Of a stretch of 64,000 bases of DNA, positions 1 through 58,652 are shown one piece after another. The position numbers and the translations under genes are program-made. Source of the DNA: Tubiluchus corallicola (lineage: Eukaryota; Animalia; Priapulida). Numbering within the stretch: the stretch's first letter is position 1; each line of letters begins with the position of its first letter. The stretch covers positions 517,320 to 581,319 of the forward strand of contig JAQGDQ010000122.1 in NCBI GenBank assembly GCA_030141605.1, in the 5' to 3' direction. Under the pieces are notes generated by a model. It had not been told where the DNA came from. It was given only the letters and a program-made list of their open reading frames with translations, and searched no databases.

Positions 1-3000
1 TCATAATACATTTTCAAAACACAGAATGAACTGCAAGCAAGCAAAATGTGTTTAGCAAGAAAAATGGCTTCTACAAGGCTTCCTAAGATAATAGGCTCAA
101 TGAGACATAAGATGCTTTGAAATCGCCCAAAATAGCATATACTACTCACACAACATGTTGTTATCCTGTGACATTTTGATGGATACCAAATGACTACCAA
201 ATAATGGATAGTCAATACCAAAAACATCATTAGAATAGTTGAGCTGCCTTTTGACTATGCCCTACTGAACAAATTACTGGTCGATGAAGGTTGAAACTTT
301 TTCCAGCTACTTGATTAACTGGCGTATGATATGATGTTGACCTGTCAAGGTTTTCACATGCTGATATGATAAACTTACACTACTCAATTTACTTTACTTT
401 TGAAAGTTTGGCTGCCTAACTGACCATGCGAACATGCCCACAAAAGAAAGCATAGGAAGCTGTGAATTGGCATTATGTAGACCCCATAATTTTTTTAAAA
501 GGAGGGGTGGCTACCCCTCACCCAAACTTGGTACTCAGCTTTGCTGAACAATTCTGGCTATGTTTATAGGCCAATGCAGTATGTAAGTATGCTTTAGTTG
601 CACACGCACAAGCAAAACTAAAACTCGAAAAGACAATAATTAAATTTTGGTTTTGGATCACTAAAAGGTCGGGGTTTATCTGCATTGTTTACTATCATCA
701 TTCCTTTTTGCTTAAAATGTTGTATATATGTAAACATAGAAACTAGAAATTAAAATTATAATGATCTACATTAAATATTCCATATCGCATATAGACCCGT
801 TTTGGAGTTGAAAATGAATGATCATTACACTATATAAAAAAAGCAAAAAGTGGTGGGGCTGGTGGCATCATAAATGTGACATCGCCATTCAGCATGTGCG
901 CTTAGCTCCTTGCATGTCTCTTATGATAACAATATTTTGCTCTAGCATTTTTGTTTAATATTTTCTCAGAGTGTATACATATGCTAACACTAACAGTAAC
1001 AGCAAAATGTACTACATACAGGTGTAAATAAAAAAATATCTGCATAGGTTACGATTAGTCAACTACCACTGGGTTAGTTTAACTTACCCTCAGTCATCTT
1101 CTTCCTTTCAGGGTGCAAATTTCCTATCCAACAGCGTAAGGGCAAAAACTACTAAGAGTTTTTGTAGATATTCATAGCCAAATTCTTGGGATTGACATGT
1201 CAATATCAGTAGTACACGAAGAAACGGGGGAAATCGTAAACTGCGTCTAAATTATACAGTACACGTGTTTAAAAGAGAGGTAATTTCTAGCAAAAAGTAA
1301 TTCGTTTATTTTACTGTAAGTATAAAGCCGCGATCTGTCACACAATAAATTAGCTCGCTTCGTCTAGCAGACAACCGTGTAACATGTAATGTCAATACAA
1401 TGTGCAGTAACGTAAAAATATTCTTAAACTGAAACACACCGCTAGGATGCTATTCTTCACGACTCCGTTATTCATGTACATTGTTGTGCAGTGTATATTT
1501 TTAAAATGGAATTACAAACTACATTTTTTGCAGTAAAAGTTAATTCTTTTACCAGTTACTTCCTAGATAAAGTAATCGATATTTGAGAATTTCAACAAAA
1601 AATCAATTAATTGTAACCAGGTTCTGTCAGTTGTTCTAAGATCAAAACTTATAGTCACATCGAAAACTTAAAAAACTGACACCGTTTCTTCCAAGCATGC
1701 CTGCAAATTCATAATGCTCGTGTAATCACTGCTTGGGACAAACGCTCAGGCTCTGCAGGTCACTTAGTTTGAGATAAATGGAATGCAAGCAAACCAAAGA
1801 ATGTAAACGTGCCACGTGTAAATCCTTATTAAAATTAATAGAGTACATTTATAGCTAAAATTGTTGTTTTTAATCCTGCATTTCATATGTTTATGTATGT
1901 ATGTGTATGTATATATATTGATATAGACATAGACATAGACATAGATATTTTATTTATCTCCTCATTTATACCAGAATGCAAATAGACTATTATTGCTTTA
2001 GTTATTAATTAAACAGGATAAATTATGCATAAAGGAAAGAGTTAGGGAGATGCAGGAGAAAAGGTAGTGAAAGACCAATTGGTCATCAAGTCAGCTACCC
2101 TTCTCAGGATAATGTAAGTTGTAAAAAATTTGTAGCGCTGCTAATTAAAGTGTGTAATATAATTATGAAGTGGGTTAAGAAAATCAACTGTTAACATAAA
2201 TTTATAGGGGAAGAAACTAAACTTGAAAGCGAAATTACTGAATAGTGTATGCAACAAGGAAGCATTAAGCTAAAATGAAAAATATGCAATGATGATCAAC
2301 CAAATATGTAAAGCATTTAACTAACCGATTAAAACATAAACAAACTAAAAAAATAAGTCAAACCAAAAGAAAAAAAACTAAAACATATTTAATAAATCAG
2401 TGAAGGAAACAAAATATGCATGATAAAATCAAGCTAATAATGAAACGAAAATATGCAATAGTGTTTAATCAAATTATGTTAAGCATAATGTCGAAGGACT
2501 ATGGAAAACAAGCACTAGTACAGAGAATGGAGTAAACAAAATATGTAACGAAATATGAGTATGTGATTAAATAGACAATATGACTCAACAAAAAATATAA
2601 TAAAACTTAATGATAACTGTGAAACAATGAGCAAAATAATATAATGAAGTGAATATGTGTAGTGAGAAAAGCATAATATGCAAGCAAAAAACACAAGTGG
2701 AGCAGACAAAATTATAAACAAAATTGTATGAAAAAAAGTGTTGTAGCTGCTGGATTTGCTCGAAGATTACGTAAGACCTATCACAAATATACTTTGGTCT
2801 ATTGTCTTGCGTGCTTACCTTCCCTTTTCATAGTTGGGAATGAATAATAATAATTATACATTTTGATGAAAAGATGTACTATGACAATATAATTATATTT
2901 AATAGATTAGTACTAGGGGAATACATTAAAACTAACAGAGATGATTTATTTGAAATAGACCATAGCAGAGAAAGTCACACATGATAATTAGAAATGAGAA

Positions 3001-3018
3001 TGGATTTATAGTTAATTA

Positions 3019-3240
3019 TCAAATAGTAAAGGTGCCATTTTTTAGTTTATTAAGCAGACTGTTCCACAACAAAGCGCTTTGATAAATTAGAGATTTTTGC
3101 CATTTGTTAGTATTAAATCTTTGTACATAGAAAGTTCGGTTAGTAGCAAATCGTGTATGATACTTGTGCATCTGGGCTACTGATTTATAGTAATTTTGGA
3201 AAATTTTAGGAAGCATTATTATGTTTAAATCTATATAAAA
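3019..3240 (-). mobile_element. 3'-end relic of a CR1/L2-group non-LTR retrotransposon ORF2
   Basis: The translation LPKIFQNYYKSVAQMHKYHTRF...RFNTNKWQKSLIYQSALLWNSLLNKLK follows the typical post-RT C-terminal pattern (LP..F.NY...H.Y.TR...S..Y....LWN.L) of CR1/L2-type LINEs. Confidence 0.6.
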
Positions 3241-6200
3241 ATTTATATATTTGTGTCTTTTAGTTCCATCTCTGCTTTTAACAACTGTTGTTTCAGTCGG
3301 TTCAAAAGCTCTTAGGAGCTTGTGTTTTTCGTCTGTACACGCATACTGACTTTAAATAAAGATTTACCATTATTTTAGCACAATCATTAAATTTTATCAT
3401 TATGAAGGTTTTATTTGTTATATGAAGTAGTAATCTTCAATTAAGACTTATGTTTCATAGACTATGTTGTTTATCTAAAACTCAAGCTAAAATAAAGACA
3501 AATTATTATTACAATTATCATTTCTCTTATTATCATTATTGATTAACTGAGTAATTTCTTGTTGTAAATTAACGCTTGAACATTCTCAAGCTGCTGCAGG
3601 ACTGCAGTACCATTCTGCGTGTATGTTTTTAATAATTAATATTGTCTAATGAACAATTTTTATTCCTTTTTTCACTTTTTTCTTTATCAGTTATTTCAAT
3701 AAAATAACAAGTGAATCAGTTCACAAAAACACTTGGTTTTTACTTAATGAAAGTTGTTAAAGTTGCAATAAAATTGACTCGGTGCACAAATCATGACAAA
3801 ATACTCCGCTACAGCCAAGTTAACGTTAATGTTTTATTATGTGCTGCTGATTCAGCAATGCTAACTGGCTCATTATCAAAAATCTTGATTGGTCAATCAC
3901 TGAAAAGTCCAGACAACTGCACATAGTATCTAGTATGTAATTTCCAAAATTGCATAGAAATTTTATACAGTAGGAGAAAAAAGTTATCTCTAAACTGTAC
4001 GGGTAGTAGAGATTGCAAGTTGCGCACAACTTTACCCTTGTAAATACATAAAACCACGAGTATACAGTAGTCCTGCACTTATCATAATTTTTTTATTAAC
4101 AACCTATGATTCGATGGTTTATTATACAGACAATTATGCTATACATATATGCTGAAGCATTATTGGCACATAAAACATTAACTAATAGCTAGCATAATTT
4201 TAAAGTGGGTAAAACAAATACTGAGGTATAAAACTATTTGCAATGCCTTGATTTGCGTCAATAAAAGACTGTGATCACAGGACTCGTTATAAGTCCTTTG
4301 ATGCTTACATGTAATACATGCTTAATATATTATTGTTGTAAAATAAGCTCACAAGCATTTTTCTATAATTTTACTATCAAGCATAGAAAATTTTTCATAT
4401 GCAAGGCTGCATTTGGCTTTGCTATCTGTGATTTTCATAATCTCATTCATCACCACAATACGTATATTTATCTACAACAATGCACAAGTTTCCTGCAAGC
4501 CTACAGACAGCACACAATGTTAGCAAACATTGACAACTTTGAATTTTCAGTTTCAGTCATCAGTTTTATCCAGAAGGTGTGATACTCAACACCACATTAC
4601 CAAAGCTAGAAAACTAAAGCCAAAAAATAATATCACAAGCCATCAGGTTTGAGAAGCATGGTTAAAACCAATAATACAATTTTTCAGCCAAATCAAACTG
4701 TTTTCTACATATTGATACCAAAAACTTACACATGCAGTTATTTGAAATTTTAGCTAACAGCGGCCAATTAAATGATTGTTACGAAATGTATCTACATGTC
4801 AATAAGACACCACAAGCAGTTGGAAGCTCTGTTACAAATGCTGCCATACAGCTGACAACATAAAATGGCAGTGACATAAATCTGTATGCTAAGAAAATTG
4901 TACCCCACAATGTGTAAGTAATCATAAATATTTTGGCAAATGTCCAAAAACTACAAAAAAGTGTTCCCTGTACTAGTACAATCTCATTATAGTTATAGTG
5001 CTGGCAGCCAGAAAAGGGACCTTGCTACTCTCGGGTATCATTTGTTCTGGCTTCCTGCATCATGCATCATTAATTGAGAGTTGTGACCAAAGAAAATTGT
5101 TATCTGGGGTGCTTGGGGATGCTCTAAGTTGGTTCACTCTTATTGCAGGATTTCATGTCTAAATAGTCAGACAGCTAATGAGATCACCTTGAATTCCCCA
5201 CAATTCAAACAAACATTTATGGTTGTAATACACTTCATCGTGTTTACAGAAAAAACTATATTTACTAGCATTATTCCTAGATATACCTTATACAATGTCT
5301 TTTCTTTCATGGGAAAATCCAAAATAGCTGTAAAGATGACAAAACCTGCTACAACTGTGTAGCTGTGTAACATGGCTTCAAAGTTCATGAAAACACCTCT
5401 ATGCTTTCTGGATCAAAGAGAATACCTAAGTGACCTAACACATCCAGGTGATAGTAATGTAAATACAAATGTTCAAAATTGCTATCAAAATGTTCAAGAT
5501 AGTCACTAAACCATTAATCCTGTCAAAAATTCAGTCAAAGTTCATACAAGTTCAGCATGTAACACTGCCATTAAAATTACTTCTTATTGCTGGTTATTAC
5601 CAAAATCCCTCGCTAAAAAAGCAACACAAGTTCTGTAAAAGCCTCATTCCAAATTACTTACACAATCATTAAATTATCGTGTAACAATTTCCTATAATGA
5701 ATGATGCATAGCCTTCTGCAAAAAAGTGACTGTGTGAGCTATCAAAAATTCTGCACACCAGAATTTTTTACTTTGTATCTGCACCAAAGAACTAAACCCG
5801 CTGGCTTGCAGAGGCTTAAGAAACGAAGGCATATGTCTCAGCTCAAGCAAAAGCATCCATGTAAAAGCCTGAACTGTTTCAGTGACATGTGCGCGGCAAT
5901 GCCAGGTAAATGAAATGAAGAACTTGGCTACCACATAACTTCTAAGTGAAATTTACAAATCACAAAAACAGATTGTCTAAAGGTGACAGCTTAACATGTG
6001 GGCTTGCTAATAGTCCACATATGTGAACTTACTAACAGCTTGATAGGAGACTTACTAATGCTTCAACACATGGAGGTATCACCAGCAGGGGCCTGGTTAG
6101 TGAGCAAGACATAAAACTTTTTCACAAGCTGTGCCAAACTTGATGTGCTTGTGACTTGAAAATTCCATTTCATAGTTCGTTCAAATTTATGTCGATATGT

Positions 6201-6691
6201 CACTGTATGGTACTCATTCATTTCAGGTGACCTATGTGACCACTTCAGCTTGAGAAAACACACATATGTATTGCAAAAATGTTTCATTCTTTCAGCTTTG
6301 GCTGAACAGTATTAGAAAGCCATAAATGCTATCATAGCTAGCATACAAAATGGTGGCCAAATGCTAATAATAAATAACTGGCCTGACTACCATGTGTAAC
6401 TTGTGTTACTTCTTTCTATCGTAGGAATTTTGGAAATAATTAGCGGTATCAAATAAATTTTATTTTGAACAATTCCAAAGAACTTGCAAAGCTGGTTTGT
6501 ACAGCAACTTCAGCAATTTTCATGCTAATTAACCACAACACAATGAATTAAGTAAGTACTGAGTTGAATATCTCTTAAAAAACTTTTTAATCCAAATTGT
6601 AGAATTGTTACTAGAAAATTATGAAAGAGTACAATGACACCTCTTTTGGCAAATAATGTTTAGCTTAATCCTAATCAATAAAAACAAAAAA

Positions 6692-8641
6692 TTATTGTTC
6701 ATCCTCTGTCTCATCTAGATCTTCAGGTAGCGCAAGTCCACGTGATGCAATGTCAGCAGACACATTCGACTGTGCACTATAGGTTTCTAAAAGATTCTGC
6801 AAATCTACATCTACAGCCCGATAGTCCCCAAAATCATCGAGCATGGTACAATCTTCTGAAGTACTTGATGGAACTGATGTAGGTACAGGTGGCTCAGGAG
6901 GAGGTTGCGAAGGCCTCTGCCTGGGCCGAACAGCCTTTACCTTCTTGTTCTCATTAATCTCATTGAGATTCTGAGCACATGCACTGACATTTCTTTCCAC
7001 ATTTGCCCTTGCTAATTCACGATCCATTATATCAATATAGTCCTGTAAATTATCATTCAGTGAATTATCATCTTGAAGTCTGTTCATTTCCTTATGAAAA
7101 GTATCCTCTTCCTCTTCACCATAGCCACTCATTCCTGAACTAGAATCACTATCACTGTCAAATGGTATTGCGAAATCCAGAATTTTTCCGACTGATTCGG
7201 CAAATGAGTCAAAATCCATATTAGATTTACTAGAATTTTTTTTATTTTGATTAGCCTTGCCACACAATTTTGTGGCAGAATCACCACTGGCTTTACGATG
7301 ATGAGAACTTGTTCTTGTACCACTCCCACTAGCCCCAAACTGATACTGTGCAAGAATCTGATCCACATCATCTGGGCTTAGCTCCAGCCAATCCTCACTA
7401 TCTGGTGGCTTTAACCTTTTCTCCTGCTGTTTAAGCACATCCATATCGTAATCCAAATGAGCAAACTGAGCTGCTATTTTCCCAGATATATTACCTATGT
7501 GACCACGTACGGCAACCTCGTAAATTTTGCGCGACTCAGACAACAGCTTCTGGAACTGAACTGACCCTTCAACCTCGTTCTTAAAGTAACCAGTTTCTTT
7601 TAGCTTTTCTAAATATCGGTTCCAGCGAATCACACTAACTTCATGCTGATCAAAACTTGTGTTGCCTTGCAGTGCTTCTAACTTTGTGCCCTCCGAGAGC
7701 AGAATCTCAAAGCCACAGGCAAGTTTCATACCAAGATCATATGATATATATCGAGGGCTATTAGGTGTAGGAATATTCCAACCTACTATGTGATCTGGCT
7801 CATACCGTTGTTGCCTCAACTGTGCGTATAAATTTCGACTAAACATCACTTCAGTCATAACTCGAGTTTCTGGAGGAAAATGTCTCATCACTTTACAAAC
7901 ATTTTTATGACTAGAATCACGCTGACAAAATGCTCTTACAACTGCTGATATGAGGTGTGGATCAGTCTGTAAAAGTGCCACAGCAGCAGCAGGGAGATAA
8001 CAATGTGCTCGTTGCTTGATCTCAGACAATTTGGCTGGATACTGTGCTACTCTTCGTTTAACCGCCTCTTGTATTTTAGTGGAAGCCTTGGTCATATGTG
8101 TATGTTTGAGTATCATATCAACTGCTTGTGAGATCGAAACCGGGTTTTTCAAAGGAATACCAATGTTGCCAGAACTGTTGGACTTCGGTATAATATGCAC
8201 TTCACCTTCATGAATGTAGACACGATTAATACTGCTTTCAGGATTTAACCATGATGGAAGGTGATCTGCAGCTTCTATTAGTAAAAATTCACCATCAACG
8301 TCATTGACTTGAATGACAATGTCCAGATACTCTTTTGAAAGTTCCAAAAGAAGAAACACAATAAACCACTCATCTTCTATGTAATCTCCTACTTTTGTAC
8401 AACCATATAGATGTAAAGGAAAAGAGTCCACATTTTGCATATCTGCTGGAGAAAGAGTGAAATTTTCATTTTGCCAAATGTAACTAGCCAAATATTTCGT
8501 CAATGAAGCAATGTAGAGGTCAACACGCGAATCTGCAGAGGTTACATCTTGTTTTCCAGTACCGACTTGGATAGGGATCGACGAAATAAAAATTCTATAA
8601 TTTACTTTATCTTCCAATGCTGAATCGCCGTTATGCGCCAT
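6692..8641 (-). CDS. ECD: Protein ecdysoneless homolog (SGT1/ECD family), single coding exon, 649 aa
   Basis: One uninterrupted ORF. The first ATG is at 8641 (MAHNGDS...); the ORF-track start at 8719 is a TTG. Family motifs recognised: GDYIEDEWFIVFLLLELSK, DVDGEFLLIEAADHLPSWLNPE, NRVYIHEGEVHIIP, LGMKLACGFEILL, DSEDWL, an acidic DSDSD stretch, YIDIMDRELA and VDVDLQNLLETYSAQ. Length is typical of the family. Confidence 0.93.
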   Translation of the reverse strand: MAHNGDSALEDKVNYRIFISSIPIQVGTGKQDVTSADSRVDLYIASLTKYLASYIWQNENFTLSPADMQNVDSFPLHLYGCTKVGDYIEDEWFIVFLLLELSKEYLDIVIQVNDVDGEFLLIEAADHLPSWLNPESSINRVYIHEGEVHIIPKSNSSGNIGIPLKNPVSISQAVDMILKHTHMTKASTKIQEAVKRRVAQYPAKLSEIKQRAHCYLPAAAVALLQTDPHLISAVVRAFCQRDSSHKNVCKVMRHFPPETRVMTEVMFSRNLYAQLRQQRYEPDHIVGWNIPTPNSPRYISYDLGMKLACGFEILLSEGTKLEALQGNTSFDQHEVSVIRWNRYLEKLKETGYFKNEVEGSVQFQKLLSESRKIYEVAVRGHIGNISGKIAAQFAHLDYDMDVLKQQEKRLKPPDSEDWLELSPDDVDQILAQYQFGASGSGTRTSSHHRKASGDSATKLCGKANQNKKNSSKSNMDFDSFAESVGKILDFAIPFDSDSDSSSGMSGYGEEEEDTFHKEMNRLQDDNSLNDNLQDYIDIMDRELARANVERNVSACAQNLNEINENKKVKAVRPRQRPSQPPPEPPVPTSVPSSTSEDCTMLDDFGDYRAVDVDLQNLLETYSAQSNVSADIASRGLALPEDLDETEDEQ

Positions 8642-20869
<12,228 letters not shown>

Positions 20870-20994
20870 TAGTGTGTCGTGTGATGTGTAGCCTTTTCAC
20901 ACTGAGTCTGTTTACTTGTACTGGCTGGTTTACTCAGATGGATTACTTAAGCCGGTTTAAGCCCGTTAAAATAATGCCTGTATTAGTTCAAAAA

Positions 20995-21000
20995 AATAAA
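20995..21000 (+). terminator. Candidate RUVBL1 polyadenylation signal
   Basis: First AATAAA about 125 nt after the stop codon, followed by U/GU-rich sequence (cttgttatttgtttt). Confidence 0.4.
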
Positions 21001-22398
21001 GATAACTTGTTATTTGTTTTCCAGTTAACGAATGTTATGTCCAAAATGTTGTTTTGCCAAGTGTTTCTGGAAAATACCTAAGTGCCACATGTGATGCCTT
21101 TTATCACACTTAAGTTGAGACTGACACCAACATTTGATAAATGTTGGTAAAAAAATTTGTAATTATAATGGGTTCATTACTCTGGTTGCCCATGGAAACT
21201 TGTTATTTTTTTATAATGGAGATTTTGAAGCTCGTGATATTAAAAAAAGCAAATTGAACTGTACTGATGTTTCAGTAAACATTCGCTCCATTACAGAACT
21301 TAACAGTCTTTTGAAAAAATAATTTTAATGCTTTTCATATTACTTTTCCTACTAAACAAAATATTTGTTTCTGTCTGTTGTTTCTGACTTCGTTTTAATA
21401 TAACTGTTTAACAGGACCAAGCAGTCGTGCTGGGTAAATGCACTACACAGCCTTTCAGTGTGAATAGGCTACAGGAGCAAGTTAACTGTGATCGCATATA
21501 GCATACCCTTGTAGTTTGTCAGGGAATGACCAAGTCATAGTTGATTCATTTGTAACAAGGTTCATGGTGTTGTGTTGCCATGACTACGATTTGTTGCATA
21601 GGTGCATTGGGAAAACAAATGCTCGTGTACTTATTGGACAAGTTTCCAGAGATAAGCATTATTGTTAATGTAAAACGAAAAAATACCAAGTGACCTACAG
21701 GCGCAACGCAAGCTTGTGACATTACGGTTCTTGAAGTCATGAACATTTTGGTTCAAAGTGCTAACCTGTATTTTTAATTGAGAAACTCGACCCAAATTGC
21801 TACTTATGTAGACGTTGTTTGTTTTTAAGGAGGTTGACGTAAAACACTGCAGACACTGTTTTCACCAAAATGGCAACATTAGCTTTCCAAATGCACCTTA
21901 TTTCCTATTCACCTTAAAAGCAATCCTATATGCTTGAACCACCTACTTCCTGTTCAGAATATAACATCTCAGGGTGTGTAAATTAATAAGTATTGTTTAT
22001 ATGAACACCTTTTAATTCACTTAGTTCAGTTTTACGTTTATGAAATTTCATTTTCGTAGTACGTTTGTCAAAATTGTAATCATAAAACTTGTGGTTTTGA
22101 GGTAAGACCTCGCATATATCTGACTACTGAAAATTCAGCTTTGTTGTGTTCTTCGTGTTTTGCTGTATATAAAAACTGCTGTATTCATTTCTACAATAGC
22201 GCATGTGCCTCACCGAACTGTAGCAGAGTGAATAAAATATACTGTACCATGTAAATTCTTTCTTTACGTTTCTTATAGCTTTACAGACTGAAAGCCGCTT
22301 AATGGGTATACTGAATGTACATTCCAAGCAATGTTTAGATATTAGTGCAGGCACCCGGTAGTCTATAATCAAAACAAATTTTTCAGTACACTTATTGA

Positions 22399-22404
22399 TT
22401 TATT
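22399..22404 (-). terminator. Candidate LRIG polyadenylation signal (about 1.7-kb 3' UTR)
   Basis: AATAAA on the minus strand followed by the U-rich tttgttttgatt. Other candidate signals exist. Confidence 0.3.
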
Positions 22405-24142
22405 ATGATGCTATACAAAATTACCACTTAAAAGTACACACTATACAGTAATTCTATACAAACTTGTAAATAAAGTATTTCTTTACATACATCTTTTATA
22501 CAACAATATTAAGTATAGGGGAAGGTGTTCAGGACTGCTGGACTGTACATAATGACCTAACCAAGTGAAAACAAAGCACTGCATTTATAACTTAAATGTA
22601 GGCCATAACAATAATCAGAAACTCTCCTTCATTGTACTGAATAAAATAAGGAAATATAATTAAATAACTTTTGTTAGCAACAACTCTTTTCCAAGTTTCA
22701 AACAAACCTTTAGCTTTATCTACTGCAAGGGACACCACTGTGCACTGTAATAATGGGAACTACAGGAAATAAGACGTTTTAACTAAGTGCAAACCATAAT
22801 GCTCAATTTTCCATAATTCCAGTAAATAGAAAACAACAGTGTTTAACTAGGAAATGGAAGGAAGGAACAAACAATGAACAGTGCTGAAAACGGGTGATTA
22901 TAACTTTAAAATACTAATGCACCACAAACAGTTATGAACTTGAAGGCGTTAATAAATATGGTTTTTGCCTATAGTGATAATGAACAGCCATAATTTGCCT
23001 AATCAGAAAGCGCTGCAAAAGTGATTCGCAAAAGCAGGTAAAATGATTCGCTTTTACATCGTTTTAAATAAAATGGGCCTACCTATATAAATTAAAACTA
23101 AAAAAAAACAAAGCAGAAAATTCTTTTTGGACGTTTAAAATACTTTTAATTCTTCAAAAACCAGCGAAATGACATGTCACAGGCCACAATGACGGCAGCC
23201 AAATCTTCTAAGACGTGAATGGCATCAATATTTACAAAATAATATCTCTACTTCTAATTACTATTTACATTATGTACAAAATTTTTATACAAGTTTGTTC
23301 TCGCTCGCGAAACAATCTGTAAATCTTACATAATGAGACTATATGAAGGAATGTTAAAACAGCCAAATCACTAACAGCAAAAGCACCACAATCAGTGCCT
23401 TAGTCTACATACAGTGTAAGACATCATCGCTCTATTCACGTGTATTTGTACATCGACTGGTTTCTGAAAACAATTATTAAATTGGACAATAATATCTTCT
23501 CAACATGTCAGCTGTATATGCATTAACTGATCATACAAGCATGATTATATTTGAGCATCAATAATTTAAACCTAAAAATACAGGCGAATATTAAAGTACA
23601 ACTCAATAACAACATGATTGGGTAACGGGCGCACAAAAACTTGAATCAAAGCGCAAGTACTGTGCATAAAGCTGCGAGATACTACTGCTAATTATTTACT
23701 TAACTTAGAGCAAAAACAATCAATAGATTAATGATTTACAGTGATTAATCATTAGAGATGCAATTTGGTACTTGAACATCTTTGGCAGTGATAAATCATC
23801 TCATTACTATAAAATGCCTCATCTCAAAATCTTTCTAATGTAAATATAATTTATATAATGGGTTTGATTCAGAAATCCATGATTTACGCTATAAAACATC
23901 TACATTCGTATATTTACAACATGTTTTAACACTAACACCGGCTACGTTAACTTGATAAAGATCATTCACACATCACAGACACACCTGCACTTTCTTGGTA
24001 AGGGTCTGTTCACACATCATGGAAACAAGACAAATTGCGACACTGAAAACTAACGACATTGAGCTATATACAAAAATATCGACTAGGTTTTGGGGTAAAC
24101 AAAGTATAACAACAATAACAATGGTCCATGATGTGAACAATG

Positions 24143-56984
<32,842 letters not shown>

Positions 56985-58599
56985 TTTGGAGCCTTTCACT
57001 TAAGCCAAGAAGAATGTTCCTAAGTTTTTCACGGTCACAAGTCCATATTAACGCCAACAAAGCTAATTTTACGTCGTCACATTCTCAGTTTATTACACTG
57101 AGTCACTGTGTATTTCAGTTTTGGAACACTCTACGCAAAATTCGCAAAGAAAATATTCATCCCTTTATCACAACAGTAGAAAGACGCACACTATTCATAC
57201 TGTAGCTTGAAGCTCGGTTTTCTACACATCTAACGCTCAATGCGCACGCGCAGAAAAATACAATGTCGGGAACTGTTGTGCGTGGCGCCATCTAAAGATG
57301 AAAAACGTAGCCATTCGGCGCCGAAAATAAATCTCTCCTCCCGTACTCCACTATAAGGCGTATTCTGATTATTCACTCCAAACGTTTGTTTAAACTTTCA
57401 TTTTTGGCTTCCAGTGCTCTTGTTAGGTGTTGAACAACATGCTAACTTTTTTTTTACAAAACACAACAATGTATTTTTATATTCATCAATGTCAAAAAAA
57501 TTTATGACACGGAAAAATTTATTAAATTTCTGCTTGGCCTTAAAAATTATGAAGAAAGAGACTTACGGAACACTAAACAAATTCGAAGAATTTTACATTT
57601 ACTTTATTACTTTCTATTCAAACATGTATTACAATATTATTTTTCTTTTTCAATGCAGCAACAAAAGCTATTCTCTTAATTTCGAAATGTCAAGTAATTT
57701 TCATACATTTTTCATACACGAAATTGCCAACGATTTATTACAATGTAGCTGCTAACCTATAGTGGAATAAACTCATATTAATTAATTCATTAAGTTTTTT
57801 TATGACAAAATCAATGTGAACGAAAGAAGGAAATTAAAAATCGAAACCAGGAAGCTGAAAGTGCTGAAAAGACTGGTAAGGCATTACAAGTCGCCCATAG
57901 GTCAGTTTCCTATCACAATATGATGACTCGTAGTTTTATATTCTAAGATATTAAACTTGCATTCCTTCACTTAACAATCCTGGAATTAAGATCATCCATA
58001 ATGAATTATCAGAAAATCAATTATTATTGATGAACATCAGCAGAATTTAAATTTTGTACACTAAGGGAATGAGTAATTTAAGTGAATGGTTATGGCGGAA
58101 TCCGGCTCAATATCAAGGATAATCCTTGTGATTTTGGGAGACGACAGAGATTCCCAGAGAATGATGTTTTCGGTTGCAGCATGTTGTATAGTACAGTGCC
58201 CTGATGATAGCATTAAAACAGTAGAAAACAATTTACGCAGAGCATGTATGGGTACTCCAGAAAACAGTTGAGTACCTATATATTTAGAAAACAGAAAGCA
58301 ATATCTCCATCTATCGGCAAAAAAACTGTTTGAGCGACCAACGCTTCGGTTACTGTTCTTACAGTTTGCATTGCAAGAACATTGGTTAAAAAAAGAACGC
58401 AAAAAACACTTGAAATCATGGACAAATATGAGGTCTATAAATGTAATGGAAAATGCATAATAAACGTAACATTCCTTCGCAATACAGTTCAGTTTTTCAT
58501 TTAAACAGTTTTGATTTTACCCTAAATCATGTTTTTTGTACATTTACAGTACATTGCTTGACCTTCCGGAAGTGAGAGCCAATGCAGACTTTCTTCTAC

Positions 58600-58601
<2 letters not shown>

Positions 58602-58647
<46 letters not shown>
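58602..58647. repeat. (TA)n microsatellite
   Basis: Directly visible, about 23 units. Confidence 0.97.

Positions 58648-58652
<5 letters not shown>

Noticed and set aside
3700-6300. Numerous 60-100 aa ORFs downstream of ECD
   Set aside because: No motifs or splice support. Consistent with random ORFs in 3' UTR or intergenic DNA.
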